Of a stretch of DNA of 64,000 nucleotides, positions 36,674-51,982 are shown piece by piece. Under the pieces are notes generated by a model. It was given only the letters and a program-made list of their open reading frames with translations. It ran no database searches and was not told the origin of the DNA. Source of the DNA: Octopus sinensis (taxonomy: Eukaryota); the NCBI RefSeq assembly GCF_006345805.1, contig NC_042997.1:65844001-65908000 (forward strand). The letters run 5' to 3'. A program made the position numbers and the translations under genes. Numbering within the stretch: the stretch's first letter is position 1; each line of letters begins with the position of its first letter.

Positions 36674-38054
36674 TATGTATATACCTGTGTGCGTTTTCAA
36701 CATTGATTAATAAAATTAAAAATGGAAGCAAATATTTTTTGTCAACAAAACTAACTATATAGTATCAGAAAGTGATATTTGCTCTCATTTAAATTATGTC
36801 AGAAGGAAAAAGAAAATGGAGAAGAAACTAAAATATTCATGAAATACTTTTTCAAATATTTTCTTAATCAATTTTATTATATCATTAGTAAAAGTCTGAA
36901 ATTACAGCCAGAATATTCATTCAAAGATTGTTAGGGTTTTCAGAATACTCCAATAAATGAAGTTAGCTTTTTCTTTGCTTTTTTTTTTCTCTCGTATAGG
37001 CACAAATTCTCACATTTAAAAAGGAGGGGAAATGAGTCTTTGTGGTTATACGTGCTTTACTCAGGAATTTGGGGAGGGGGTCTGATTTTTTTTTTTTTTT
37101 TGTGATGTAAGATTCATTGGTTTCTATTTGGAATTGAAACCTATTGTTTGCTCTGGTTTAGGTCACCAGATATATTTACTTGTCCTAAAGCAGTTAAATA
37201 ATGGTTTCAATTTTTTGGCACAAGGCCAGCAAGTTCAGGGGAGGGGATAAATCAATTACATTGACCCAGTGCTTGACTGGTACTTATTTTATCAATTCCA
37301 AAAGGATGAAAGGCAAAGTCGACCTCAGCGGCATTTGAACCCAGAACATAAAGACAGACAAAATGCTACTAAGAATTTTGCCCGGCATGCTTACAATTCT
37401 GCCAGCTCGCCGCCTTACAAGCAGTTAAATAATGATTTTTTTTCTTCATGCACAATGCCAAGAAATTTACAAAAGATGGAATATAGACGCTGGGACATTC
37501 AAATCATTCTTTAAAATTTTAGTAACATAAATTTAGTGATATGTATACAACTGGTAATCAAATTATCCAAGACACTGGCCTGGCTTAACCAGAGATTTAT
37601 TTCTCTCTCTCACTTTCTTTTCTCTTTCTCTCTCTTATTTTACAATACTTTACCAGAAATTTTGGATTGTTAAATAGAGAACAATAGCGGAAAGCTAGAA
37701 GTAAATTGCTATCGGATTGTTATATAAAGGTGAATAGTAGTAAAACAACACATAAGAATTGGAAGAATACTAGAGAAAAGTCATTATAAGGAATGCTACA
37801 TAGAGGTAAGTTGTAGAGAAATAACACACCGGAATCTAGTACAATACCACAAGAAGGAAATTTTTTGAATGTTACATAAAGGTGAGCAGCTGTAGGTAAA
37901 CAGCAAAAAGAATCTAGTAGATTACTACAGAAAGTTCACCAGTGAAGTTTTACATGGAATTCCAGTGAAGAGAAATAACATTGGTATATAAGGGAATGCT
38001 ACAGAAAGGTCACAAAAGGAACACTTAATACCACATTTAAAATAATGAGTGAAT

Positions 38055-38134
<80 letters not shown>

Positions 38135-38296
38135 ATAATACCAAATATTGTGATTCTGAATTGCATTTAACTAAGAAGAGACATCGATGTCACAGTTGTA
38201 ATATAAGCTGCAATACCATCAGGTGAGTTAAGTCAGCTTCACTCTGCAGCTTATTTATAAGCAATGGTCATCTTCATTAGTGAGCTGACTTTTACA

Positions 38297-38332
<36 letters not shown>

Positions 38333-41193
38333 TGTATGTATATAAATATATATGTGTGTGTGTATGTACATGTATGTATGTATGCATGCTATAGATATAG
38401 GTTCTATGTGATATATGTACAACAGAAAGATGAAGAAAGAGTGAGAAAATAGAGAGAGATTAAAGATAGAGTGAGAGTGAGTGCTCAGTGTTGTCAGATA
38501 TAGGTGAAATCATCATTTTCTTGTCACTGCAGTTGTTTCTAGGATTTTCATCTTTGTACAGAAGTTTCGGTCTCTTACATGAAGACTTTAAACATATATA
38601 GATTGCATTGAATGAGAGAATATTTTTCTTTAATTCTTTTTTTATTTTAAGTATTATTATTATTATTACTATTACTATTATCATTATTACTGTAATGTGG
38701 GATGGGTGTAGTTTTAGAATTGCCAGCTGCCATTATTGAAAAAAAACATTATGGTTCAATGTTGACTCAAATTTTTGTTCTTGCAAGCCATTGTCATATT
38801 CTTTGTACTCTGTAAAGAATATGTTGATATCTAGCATCTACAGTCTGCATAATATTCCGGATTACAATTAGAAAACCATATTCATATTGGTTTCATTGGC
38901 CAATTTTCTGTATATTCTTTGGCCTTGCATTTTTTGTTTTCTCAAAGAAAAAAAAAGATAAACATTGGAATCAATTTTAATTGGTACTTATTTTATCCCA
39001 GAGTGATGAGAGGAAGGCAATGTTAAACCCCAGCAGGATATAAACTCAAATGTTCAATCAAAGACAAAATGCTATAACATTGTTTTGCTATTTCAGCCAA
39101 GTCTCTCCTGCCTATAAATATTGTTAGTAACAATGAGGTCAGCTTTTCACCTGTTTTGTTCAAAGAAAATCAGTTTACTGTTCAAAAACTTTCAAATCAT
39201 TTATTGATCCAAGTTTATTTGTGGTATGAACATTATCATTTATAATGTGAATCCGGAACACTCTAGGCATTTTTCTTTTTGTTTTCTTTAAAATATTTTA
39301 GTTATATTTTTTTTTATATTTTTCAATGAATTTTTTTTCAACAAGCTCATTTATTCAATATTCAAATTAACTCACTCTATTTCAGTGGTTAATGGGGTTA
39401 GAATTAGTTCACACTCTTAAAACACTGGCTGTCACTATGAAGAGTACCCAGTCAGAAAGGAAAATATATTTAACAAAATACAAAAGCAAAAACAATAAAC
39501 ATAATTAAAGTAAACAAAAACACCAATTCCTTTCAGAACATAAACCCTTCCAAACACCTGATAGTAGATCAGGAAAGGAAAATGAGGACATGGAAACATT
39601 TTTAATATTATTGTTCCCTTTTATTTATTTAGTTTTATTTTGTTATATTTTGAGGATGGTCATATTTTTGCCAATTAAAAGCATGCTCTATGGCAAAAAT
39701 ATGGCAAAAATTGACCATCTCCAAACATAACAATATCTGTTTCAACACACGATTTCACATCAGGAATCCAGCAAAACAAATATATTAATGTAATATTCAG
39801 TTTTAATTTTTTGGGAAATTTATGGGGTTAGAATTAGACTAATAGATAAACCCAAAGAATGGAAACCAGGCTGTGGTTAAAAATGAAATCAGAAACAGGA
39901 TAAGAGCCATGATTAAATATCAACAATTAAATATGAACTGTTAATGATTATGAATGCTTATACTGGAACAAGATCATAGATTTGTGAGGGACAAATGAAA
40001 TGAACTGAAATAATTCCAGCATATCAATGGTACAGTTTTATCATGTGTGGAAGGAGTAATGGTGAAGTCAACCCTGGTGGAATAATGGCTCAGAGTGCAG
40101 AAGGATGGAACTAAATGTTTGAAGGCATTAATGATAATTATAAGAATTTCTTTTGACCAAGCAGTGAATGGCTAGAATCATCAAAGCACCTGAAAAAAAA
40201 GGTCTTACAGTATTTTTGTTCAGGCTCCTTGCATTTCGATTTCAAATCCCACTGAAGTGAATTTTGGCTTTCATCATTCTGAGATCAATAAAATAAAGTG
40301 CCAGACTGACACATTCATTAATTAGCATTGGATGAGATGCATTACAGTATTTTGTTCCAACCCTTAACATTCTGAATTCAAATCTTCTAGTATATTTGCA
40401 TGTTCAACTGACTTCATTGCCTAAGTCACTACCTGGCTTTTGGTTACCATTCATAGAGGAATCCACCATTGCAAGCATTCAAGCCAGGTGTATAGTTTGA
40501 TACCTTCCACCCACCAGTTTTGGTGACCCAGAAAAGGGTCATAAAAACACTTCCCACCCCACTTAACTAAGTGATAAAATAGAAGGCAGAAGACCAATCT
40601 TCATAGTGGATGAATGCAACCAACCAAATCAGATATCTGTTTTATCAACCTCAAAAGAATGGAAATAAAATAACTTCTGCAGAATTCAAACGCAGAATAT
40701 CAAGATGAAACTAAGTACCCGAAGGCATTTATTCTGACGCTCTTTGTTTATATCCCTAATAACCTTTTCTAATATATGCACAAGGCCTGAAATTGCTCAG
40801 GTAGGGGGTAAGTAAATTACATCGACCCTAGTGCATAACTGATATTTATTTCATTGACCTCCAAAAGGAAAGGCAAAGTTGGCAATGGCAGAATTTAAAC
40901 TCTGAACATGAAGATGGATGAAATGCTGATAAGCATTTTGTCCAGCACAATAACAGTTCTGTCAGTTTGCTGCCTTAATAATAATAATAATAATAATAAT
41001 AATAGTAATGATAATTGTTTCTGGTAGGCATGGCTTTGTGATTAGAATTTTACTTCTCAACCACATAGTTCTAGGTTCAGTCCCACTGCATGGCATCTTG
41101 GTCAGGTGTTTTCTTCTATAGCCCTAGACTGACCAAATTCTTGTGAGTGGATATGGTGAACAGAAACTGAAAGAAACCTAGTGTGTATGTGTG

Positions 41194-41266
<73 letters not shown>

Positions 41267-42767
41267 ATAAGAACATTTTTATAAACAAACATTGAAGTGT
41301 CAAATAAGTTGGCATTTTTTAAAAATGAAAGAAATCTTGAATGCAAGAGATTTCCTTCATTTCTAAAAAATACTGACTGACTTATCACTTCAATGCTCGA
41401 TTATAAAAATGCTCTCACATTCCAACAGCTATTATTTAGTGTTATAAAAGACAGTATCTGTATTACGGATCATTTAGCTCAAATGACACAGAGCACTCAG
41501 TTGGCATTTGAAAGATATATACAGTGTGATTCACTGTAGTAGCTGTTGGCAACATTTTCCTTCTATAGAGGAATTTTTACCCAAAATTTTGAAAGCTGTT
41601 TTCACAGCTCTTCTCCTGCATTCATAGTTTCCTTCATTTCTAAAAAAAAGAATATATGTGTTATTGTCTCTTTGCCTTGACAACATGTGATAGTTATAAA
41701 TAAGTGTCCCTTTCATGCAAGGAGTGTCCTTTGTTTCTAGTCTTTTGTGAAAACAAGTTTGGTCATGGGTTGGGAGAAATATTACTTTCCTTGGGAAAAA
41801 AGTGACGGTTGGCAAAAGGAAGGGCATCAAGCCATAACAGAATTTACTTCAACAAATTCCTCTCTGATGCATGCGAGCATAAAAAAGTGGATGTTAAAAG
41901 ATGATGATAATAAAGATGATCAGCAAAAAAAGTAAACCAAAAAGACCAATCTTCAAATTAATGCCAAGTTACAGTTTTGTCTCACCGGGAGAAGTATATC
42001 TTCACTCTAGTAATACTCATACTTACACTGAAATATCAGTTAGGATATATTATAGCTATATACATATTTAGCTTTGAATTGACACCCGTATATAACTGGT
42101 ATTGGAATTTATTTTATCCTGCATAGTTTCATGACAGAGTTGAACTGGATGCAATCTATTGCACACTGTACAATTTGGATATTTACCAAATGTATCTAAG
42201 TTAAAAATAAAAAAAATTATTTTAAAATATTTTCTTCAGCAAATTCTTCTTAAGCATTCTAGATGACTACTATATCACACCCAAAAATGAAACAAGATTT
42301 GTCATTTTTTAACATATTGAATAGAATCCTATATTTAGATTCAACCCAAAGATGGCTTCCATCCAGAAATACAAAGCTCACCAAAAAAGTCGATTAAATG
42401 CAATACATACATATATAATGTATAAGTGTATGTGTGTGTAAATAGGTTACATGCAATACACACACACACACATCGTAGTTTCACAATATCAATTAGACTT
42501 TCAGATGTTATACATTGCTGGTCACAATGTGCTTTGCATTGATTTAACTTTCAAATTATACCACCCCAGTGGCTAGGCAAGCTAACATCCTCCTGAACAG
42601 AACACTAGACCATCACAGGGTTACTCATTTACACCCAGGTGAACTGGAACAATATGAAATGAAGTATTTTGCTCAAGAAACCCAATGTGCAGCTAGTCTG
42701 GGAATCTAAACCACAACCTTGCAATCAGGAGAGAACAATGCCCTAACTACTAGGCCATGTATGTATG

Positions 42768-42801
<34 letters not shown>

Positions 42802-43149
42802 ATGAGTAAATATTGAAAAGGAATACTCCTAAAGATATAATTATAATAATTATTATTTGCAGCAAATCTAAATACCTGATAATAACAATAATAATAACAA
42901 TAGTGGCACCAAGTGATATTAGCATTAAGCAGCTATACAATAAATTCTTAATTATATTAGAGGGTACACAAAGCACCAGCTAGTGCTTCATGTACTTTCT
43001 AATATAATTAAGAATATATATATATATATATATATATTAGTGGGGGTTGTATGTATGTGTATGTGTCTTTGTTTGTCCCCCCACACTACTTCACAACCAA
43101 AGTTGGCTTTTTTTAACATCCCTGTAAATTAGCAGTTCAGTAAAAGAGA

Positions 43150-44600
43150 TTGATAGAATGAGTAGCAGACTTAAATTACTTCGATTATCCCTACAGTTCA
43201 GTGCTCCAGTATAACTGCAGTCCAATAACTGAAACATAAATACTGAGTAAAAATGTCTTAATATTTACAAACCATAACATTGTTATTTTCACAAGGATGC
43301 TTATGTCTATCCTTAGAGGTAATTTGGTAATATCCTTACAGAAGTGATTGTGTATTACCCCAGCAATTACAAATAGGTTGATAACACATTCCCTAGCTAC
43401 CATGATGTTTTTAATTCAACAGCTTGATTAATTCCTTAAGTACTGTATTTTTAATTCAAAACTTAGATCAGGAAAAATGGTGTTTATCAAAAGTGGACAA
43501 AGGCTCAATTAGAAAAATGTCATCATCTCTGATGAATCATCATTCAGCTGTTTTCTCAGTTTGAGGCAAGGCAAGCTTGTCTGGGGACAGCACAAAGAAT
43601 CCTTCAACCCTGATTGTTTAACCTCTATTATATAGCTCTGTAATGATTTGAGCAACCATATCTTTTGGCCCTTTAGTTATTCTACATGGTAGAGTTAATG
43701 CCAAGGAAAGCTGTTGCTTTCTTCTGTATATTTCTGTAGCCATTTGGTATTGCTGTGTTAATTTATTAATATACTGTTGTCATGGAAAATGATGTCAAGC
43801 ATATTACATTATCTGGAGAATGTCTGAGATGGAAGAGGGTGGTGCTGTTCTTACAGTAAATTTATTGAACAGGGGTATGAGTGGCAAATATGACCTGAGT
43901 GAATGGATGTAATCTTAGCTTATGCCTGAAAACCAAGAAATAACAGCTGAGAGAGGATGCAAGCCTTTTGTGGTCAGTGTAATCCTGGATCTGTGGGCTT
44001 TCTAGGCTCTAGCACACAACCCACTCAACAGATTTTGCAGGTACATTTTGTTATTTCCCATTGTTATTAGTTTTTCTTTTTTTTTCAAATTTTTACATGC
44101 CCTCCCCACCACCACTGTTTTACCGTATTCCTTGTTTCCTCCACATTATTGTAGTTGTTCACATGATTAAATCAAGAAACTATTATTATTCCTTTCATTC
44201 ACTCAGAATTTCATTGTAGTTCTGCCAGTATCAGATTGCTATATATCAAGCTGTATTCAACAATCTAAGACATCTAGCACCTTTCCTTATGGCTCTTGTT
44301 ATACACACCAAAAAAGACAGGTTTTCTATAGAGTCAGAAAACTCATTTCAATATCCAACAACTACCAACCATTTAAAAATCTTGCCACTGTTCATAAGAT
44401 ACTTATCTCAGTCAGGATGAAAATTATTATTATTATTATTATTCTCAGATACAAGAAAACAGCTGGAAAAGAGCACTTACACTTGATGATCAGAGTAATC
44501 CTAGATCTGTGAGGTTCCTTAATCAGTCCTAAGGAGAAGTCATCCTATTGGGAAACAAACATCACTTTCTTTCATTCTTTCAACTTCTTAATGAACTACC
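43150..44600 (-). mobile_element. Very old LINE (RTE-like) remnant
   Basis: Scattered motif relics: GFFVLSP (cf. QGxVLSP), RDDDIFL (cf. YADDIxL) and YTDHKRL (cf. SDH). No open frame. Confidence 0.35.
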
Positions 44601-46859
44601 CTACTTTCTGTAATCTATCCCTGTAATGTAACCTCATCCATCACCCTCGCGGCAATAGTAAAAAAAATTACTATTATTAGTAAGCCTTGTGCCTTTAGTA
44701 GAAAGGATTATTATTGTTGTTGTTGTTGTTTGCTGTGACTGATGTTCATCTCCTCACTCTGCAGAATTTGGATGTTTACCAAATGTAACAAAGAAAAAAC
44801 AAAAATCATTTTTAAACATTTTCTTCAGCAAACCCTTCTTGGAAATGTTCTGTGATGCCAAAACATGAAGCAGGGTTTATCATTTTTGGACATTTTGAAT
44901 ATTATCTTATATTTAGATTCACCTAAAGATGGCTTCCTGCCAGAAAAAACAATGCCCACCCCCCAAAAGTTGATTAAATGGAACAGAAAACAAGTAAAAA
45001 AAAAAAAATGGACATTGATTTACAAAGCATGATGGAAACATCCAACACAGAGAAAAGAAACAACTTTTTTACTGATAACAACATTAACTCAACATGTCCA
45101 ATATGTCAAGCAACAGAAACAATGCACACATGGAAACACACACAAAAAAACAGAGAATATAACATCCATTTTTCTATTGCTAATGCTGCCAATAACATAA
45201 TGATAGAAAACATGAACCACTTGAATAAGAAAGAATTTGCAGAAACTTTAGCCCAAGAGCAATAGGGGAGAGAAGTCACCTACCTCTCCATTGACAAGAG
45301 TGAAAAAGTTTGCATTATACTTTCAAGAGAACAATTAGAGGTAGCTACAGTTGATTTGTGTAGTGATGTCTCCTAGTTTTTAAAACTGAGGATGAGGCAA
45401 GGAAGCAAGCTGATATGTTATATACTTCCCCATTCATAAGTATCACAATATATGAGTTGATGAACAGAGATATGTTATATACTTCCCCATTCATAAGTAT
45501 CACAATATATGAGTTGATGAACAGAGATATTAACAAGGATGTTAATTTGGGGCTTGTCACCATTTTTGTGGTAAAGTACAGACAGGTGATAAGTGCACCA
45601 AGGTAATCTCATGATTTTCACAATTCTCCAAACAGCAAATAAAGAACTGATATTAAACATAACCTTCAAGAACATTTAGGGAAAAAGATAGAACAAATTT
45701 GTGATGAGACAAGTTCCAGTTATATGAAACATGCAGAATATAAGCCAATTATATAAACTACATTTGCAAGCTATAAAGAATGGTAACCAATAAAGGTGTG
45801 GGCTCTTTCATGCCTGCTCCTATATCTGAATTATTCACAAGTACTTCTGGAGCAAGAAGTGCTCAAAAGAGGAGCAAGAGTGAAGTAATGGTCAGAATTG
45901 TGAGAAACCTAGATCTAACACAAGAAATCGTGTTTTTTGCTTAAATTATACCTCTTTGAATTATATATGTATTTTTATATATTAGTTTCATTATTTTGTT
46001 TTTTTAATTAAATTTAATATCTTACTATAGAGTATCATGTCTTAGCCCCCATCTCACCCCATTTTAATGTGACTTTGTCTTTTTCTCATCCTCACATATT
46101 TTGTAATACCTTTCAATACATTCTATTGGATTAATGAACTGGCACAAGTGGCAAATAAAACAAAAGTATAATTGCTGTTGTTGAAGTCATTATGCATAAT
46201 CATCATCATCGTTTAACATCTGCCTTCCATGCTGGCATGGGCTGAATGGTTTGACAGGAGTTGGTTGGGCAGAAGACTACACCAAGCTTCACTGTCTATT
46301 CTGGCATAGTTTTTATGATTGGATGTCCTTCCTAACACCAACCACTTTACAGAGTGGACTGAATGCTTTTTACATGGCACCAGTACATTATTATTACTAT
46401 TATCACTGAAAGCAGTAGATGGGCATAATTGTTAGGATGTTGGAATAAATGCCTTCTGGCATTTGTTCAGGTTCTTTACCATCTGAGTTCAAATCCAAGC
46501 TCCCTCCAAGGTCAACTTTTCCTTTAATTCTTTCAAGGTAAATAAAAAAAATAAAGTACCAGTCAAGTACTAGGGGCAATAGTATCAACAAACCCTTTTC
46601 CCTCATCAAAATTTGATTTGCTGACCTTGCACCTAAATTAAGTGAGCTGGCAAAATTGTTAGCATGTCAAACAAACTGGGTAGAAACATTTCTTCCAGTT
46701 CTTTTGATTTTGAAAGCAAATTCCACCAAGGTTGACTTTGCCTTTCATCATTTCAGGCTCAATAGAATAAGTACCACCAGCCAAGCATTGGAACTAAAGT
46801 AACTGACTTCAAAATTGCTGGCCTTGTGCCCAAATTATTATTATTATTATTATTATTAT

Positions 46860-46931
<72 letters not shown>

Positions 46932-49865
46932 AGGGGGAGGAAATAATATAAGCAATAAAACTGATATCATCATGTTTGAGATTTCAACTTTATTGGGTTT
47001 TTTGTTATTTTTATGCTGAAGAGTTTTTAATTTAATTCAAGTTTTTTTTCTTTTCATTTTGTCATTATCCCTGGCATGTGTAATGTAAAGAAAATGAAAC
47101 GAGAAAAAAAACTCAAAAAGTGAGAAAAATCATCATTATTACATAAAGAGAGGAATTAAACAATATAAGACCAAGAAATTTTGAATGAAAAGTGTGAGAT
47201 ATGAAGTAAAAGAAGGAAATAAAGAGTAATGCAATTTTCTTCATTTGAATGAAAAATATATAATTCAATTATCTACCTGGCATAGATATTTGTAAGCGTG
47301 AGAAAACACAAAAAAAAAACACAAAAGGATACAGAAATATATAACAGACAGCAAAGGCATGACTTTCAAGAAAATTGATCCCCAACTTTTGGGCACCCAG
47401 GGGAAATAGCAGCCACAAGATTTTCTTGAAATAAAATACAGTGAAGTGAATTTCTGCTTTCACTTTTTTAGGATCTGGAAGAGGAAAACTCAGCACCGCA
47501 AGCTAACAAAGTATTTGTCCATCTGTCTCCAGATGGCAACCAAATTTATTTAAGCTACACTTACAAACTCAAGGATTTTATTAACAAAATATTTGTCGAT
47601 TATACCATACTTCTGTCACTTTATTACAGTGACATTAAACATCTCATGGTATATATTTACAGATAAATGAACTGAATTAACAAATACTTCCTTGGGCCAC
47701 TTAGAAGTTACAAATAATCAACTGTCTTTCAGGCAAAACAATATCCCAATAACTTGATAAGCTGCAAGTATTAGAGAAGCAACAACTACAGTTGTTAATA
47801 ACAAAACTGCATAAATGGCTATGAAGTTAATGCATTGGATTACTTGCTATATGAGCTTATTACTTGATTTGTTATATATGTTGTACCCCTGAGGAAGGCA
47901 CATAATTCTGCTAATTCCCATTTGCCTGAGACTGGAGATAAATACAAAATGAAACACAAGTTTCTCTTATGCCTCATAGTTGAGAGATTAATGGCAGGAA
48001 AAGAATCAGATGGAAGTAAAGAAAGAAAAATTCTAACAGGCAAATAAACTCATGCAAGCATGGAGGAAATGGTTGTAAAGCAGTAAAGAAAACAAAGCAA
48101 TAAATAAATGAATAAATAAAACCCAGTGGTTTAAATTAAAGAGAGTAGTTTCAGGCCACTTATTATACAGTATTGCCGTTTATAGTCTTCTGCAATTTTA
48201 AGCAATACATATGACAAGTTTATGATGAAATAAATATACTGCATACATCAGTCACAGTAGGCAATTAGCCGGCAAGTTTCATATTTGAAACTGAGTCCCA
48301 GATACATTAAAGAGATCAATGTCTACTTAGAGCAGAGTCAACTCTTCTCGAACATTTTCACTTAAACCCTTAAAATTATCACTGTTAATTTGGGTAGAAA
48401 GAAACATTTCAACAAGTTCCCAACAATGAGGGGAAACAAAGAGGAAGATAATTATGATGACGATGATAACAACAACCACCACATCAGCAACAACAATAGT
48501 AATAATCCTTCCTATAATACTTTCTACTATAGGCACAAGTCGCAAATTTTGGGGGAGGGGTGAGTCAATTACATCAACTCCAGTGCATGACTGGTACTTA
48601 TTTTGTCGAGCCTGAAAGGATTAAAGGCAAACTCAACCTTGCTGGAATTTGAACTCAGAACATAAAACCAGAAGAAATGCCGCTAAGCATTTTCTCAAGC
48701 ATGCTAATGATTCTGCCAGCACAATCCTAAATAATAATCCTTTTTACTATAGGCACTAGGCCTGAACATTTGGAGGAATGAGCTGGTTGTTTTCATTGAC
48801 CCCAGTACTCTGTTACTACTGTTACTTATTTTATTGACCCCAAAAGGATGAAAGCTAAAGTCAGTCTTGGCAGGATTTGAACTCAGAACGTCTGTAAAAT
48901 GGACAGAATGCTGCTAAGCATTCTGCCCAGCATGCTAACAATTCTACCAGCTTGCCACCTTAGAATAATAATAATTTATTTTCTTTTTTACCAATTCAGG
49001 CACAAGACCTGCATTTTTGGAGAAGGTGATTTGTCAATTACATTGACCACAACACTTAACTGATTGATACTTTATTATATCAACCCCAAAAGGATACGTA
49101 GCAAAGCTGAGAATACAATTTGATCTCAGGATGTAAAAAACCACAGATGCTGCTAAGAATCTTAGTCAACATTCAAATGATCCTACCAGTCGCCACCCTT
49201 ATACATATGATTGTTACTAATTTATGCAGTTTTGGGGTAGGAATCAGTTGATTACATTAAACTCACAACTTGGCCAGAACTTTATTTCATCAATTGCAAA
49301 AGTATGAAAACAAAGTTAAGTTAAATCTCAGCTTCTGATCTTAACTAATTGGAAGTGTTATCATGTACATATTTTGTGCTGGTATAAAAGATGGGCTACA
49401 GCAAATATTCTGCTAATATCACAGATTTGCTTGTCAGTTGTTTGACCTTAACCAGTTGAGCATGTCCCTTAGTGGCTGACGATATGTGTATCTCTGATCA
49501 CGAGCAGAAGTAGTGGGGGAGCATCATAGCCATGTGCTGAGAGGAATTCTTTGGTGTTTGAATAATTCACCTCTGGAATCATTGATGTTTCATTCGACAT
49601 CCTTAAACAACCCTTTTCAGGGATCTTATGATCAGAATGAGCTACTCGACCTGCAGAAAATTCTAACTGGGTCCCCACCTACAAGGTCATGTGCTGTTTA
49701 TCTTGATATGAAATCACCATGTCATGCACATACGGTTGTGATGTATGTGCCTAGTGTATCCTTATTAGATAGGAAGTCATAATGAGTATATTGTGGTTTG
49801 TATATTTATACCTCAGTGTCACCTTGATGGCATGCACTGCTCTCTCACTCAACAACAACAACAAC

Positions 49866-49924
<59 letters not shown>

Positions 49925-50443
49925 CAATAATAATAATAATAACAAGAACAACAATACTTTCTACTATAGACACAAGGCCTGAAATTTGGCAGAAGAGGCT
50001 AACCAATTTCATCAACCCCAAAAGGATGAAAGGCAAAGTCATCAAAATAACAATAACAAGGGTTTCTGATTTAGGCACAAGGCTAGCAATTTTGAAAGGA
50101 TAAGGTAGTCAATACCATCAACACTTGTACCTGGCTGGTACTTAATTTTACAAACTTCCAAAAGCATGAAAGCAAAGCTGACCTCAGTGGGATCTGAACT
50201 CAGGATATAAACAACCAGAACAAATACTGCAAGGCATTCTGTTCAACACTCAAACAACAACAACAACAATAATAATAATAATAATAATAATAACAATAGT
50301 TTCAAATGTTGTTACAAGGGCAGCAACTGGGGAGAAGGGACAAGTTAATTACATCGACCCCAGTGTTCAACTGGTACTTAATTCATCGACTCCAAAAGGA
50401 TGATCAGCAAAGTTGACCTCAGCGGAATTTGAACTCAGAAATC

Positions 50444-50490
<47 letters not shown>

Positions 50491-50849
50491 TAATTATTAT
50501 TATTATTGTTTCAAATTCTGGCACAAGGCCAGCAAGTTTGAGGGAGGGGTTAAGTTGATTACAGCAACCTCAGTACTTAACCAGTACCTATTTTACCAAC
50601 CCCGAAAGGATGAAAGGCTAAGTGGACCTTGGCAGAATTTGAACTCAGAGCAATCCTATCTACAAGGCCTGAAATTTTGTTGGGGGCAGATAGTTGATTA
50701 CAGCAACCCCAGTGCTTAACTGGTACTTATTTCATTGACCCTGAAAGGATGAAAGGCAAAGTTCAAATTTGAACTCAGAATGTAAAGAGGGACAAAATGC
50801 AGCTAAGCATTTTGCCTGGTGGGCTAACAATTCTCTTAGCTTGCCACTT

Positions 50850-50896
<47 letters not shown>

Positions 50897-51599
50897 CCTT
50901 TCTACTAAAAGTACAAGACCTGAAATTTTGTGGGAGAGAGTAAATCAATTACATCAACTCCAGTGTTTCACTAGTACTTAATTTATCAACCCTGAAAGGA
51001 TGAAAAGCAAAGTCGACTTTGGCAGCATTTAAACTCAGAACCTGAAGACAAATGAAATACCGCCAAGCATTTCGCAAATGTGCTACTGATTCTGCCAGCT
51101 CACAGCCTTTAACAACAACACTCGATTAGATGAAGAACCTGAAACTACTGCTACCAACAAGCAAAATAATAATAATGAAAAAATGTTTCTAATATAGGCA
51201 CAAGGCCATAATTTTGGAGAGAGAAATGTCTGATACTATTGATCTCAAAACATGACAGGTACTTTATTTTATTGACCATAAAGGGATGAAAGACAAGATT
51301 GACCCTGCATGTATTTGAACTCAGAATGTAAAAACCTGGAAGAACTAAAGCAAAGCATTTTGTCCAACTCTATATAATAATAACTTTAACAACAACAGCA
51401 ATAATAATGGCACAACTCCAGCAATTCCAGGGGAGTGGGTAAGTCAATTACATCAACCTCAGTGCTCAACTGGTACTTATTTTATCGACCCCAAAATGAT
51501 GAAAGACAAAGTCAGCCTCGATGGAATTTGAACTCAGAACATAACGATGGACGAAATGACATTAAGCATTTGCCACCTGAATAAAGATAATAATAATAA

Positions 51600-51935
51600 T
51601 GATAATAATAAGTAACAAGTGTCTAAGCCCTTTGGTGATATACTGTGCTTGAGAAGATTTGTCAAGTGAAGTGAAATCGTAGTCGTGGCTGTTGCCAGTT
51701 TCATGTAAATGGCACCCGTGAAATCAGAGTCATGGCTGTTGCTGGTGTTATGTGAAGGGCACCTGTGCTGATAACATGTGAAAAGCACCCATTACATTCT
51801 TGGAGTGGTTGGCATTAGGAAGGGCATCCAGCCATAGAAACCATGCCAAATCAGACTGGAACCTGGTGCAGTCATCCAGCATATCAGTTCGAGTCAAACC
51901 ATCTAACCCATGCCAGTATGGAAAATGGATGTCAA
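51600..51935 (+). mobile_element. Repeat with an RTE-type 3' tail (SINE or short LINE remnant); related tails at ~41810-41910 (+) and ~46200-46390 (-)
   Basis: ggttggcattaggaagggcatccagccatagaaa...aacccatgccagtatggaaaatggatgt shares its terminal part with the 3' end of the RTE LINE at ~56280-56350. Confidence 0.65.
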
Positions 51936-51982
51936 TAATAATATTTTAAAAATGATTGACGTAACTCTTCACAAAAGTAAAC

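Noticed and set aside
38460-38600. Possible minus-strand terminal exon SSCKRPKLLYKDENPRNNCSDKKMMISPISDNTEHSLSLYL*
   Set aside because: Plausible position for a gene end, but no recognisable homology and only a modest acceptor.
42180-44990. Two ~70%-similar segments (~42180-42410 and ~44770-44980) with splice-like borders on the minus strand, considered as duplicated exons
   Set aside because: They have in-frame stops and non-triplet indels between copies. An old repeat is more likely.
47471-48395. Candidate small exons: plus 47471-47509 (DLEEENSAPQANK), plus ~47981-48016 (ERLMAGKESDG), minus ~48330-48385 (DNFKGLSENVREELTLL*)
   Set aside because: The candidates conflict in strand, and AG/GT-bounded frames this short arise by chance in AT-rich DNA. 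I cannot choose between them without transcripts.
49490-49530. tgatcacg...gtagtggggga looks faintly like U1 snRNA
   Set aside because: It lacks ATACTTACCTG and the Sm site, and it lies inside an interspersed repeat.
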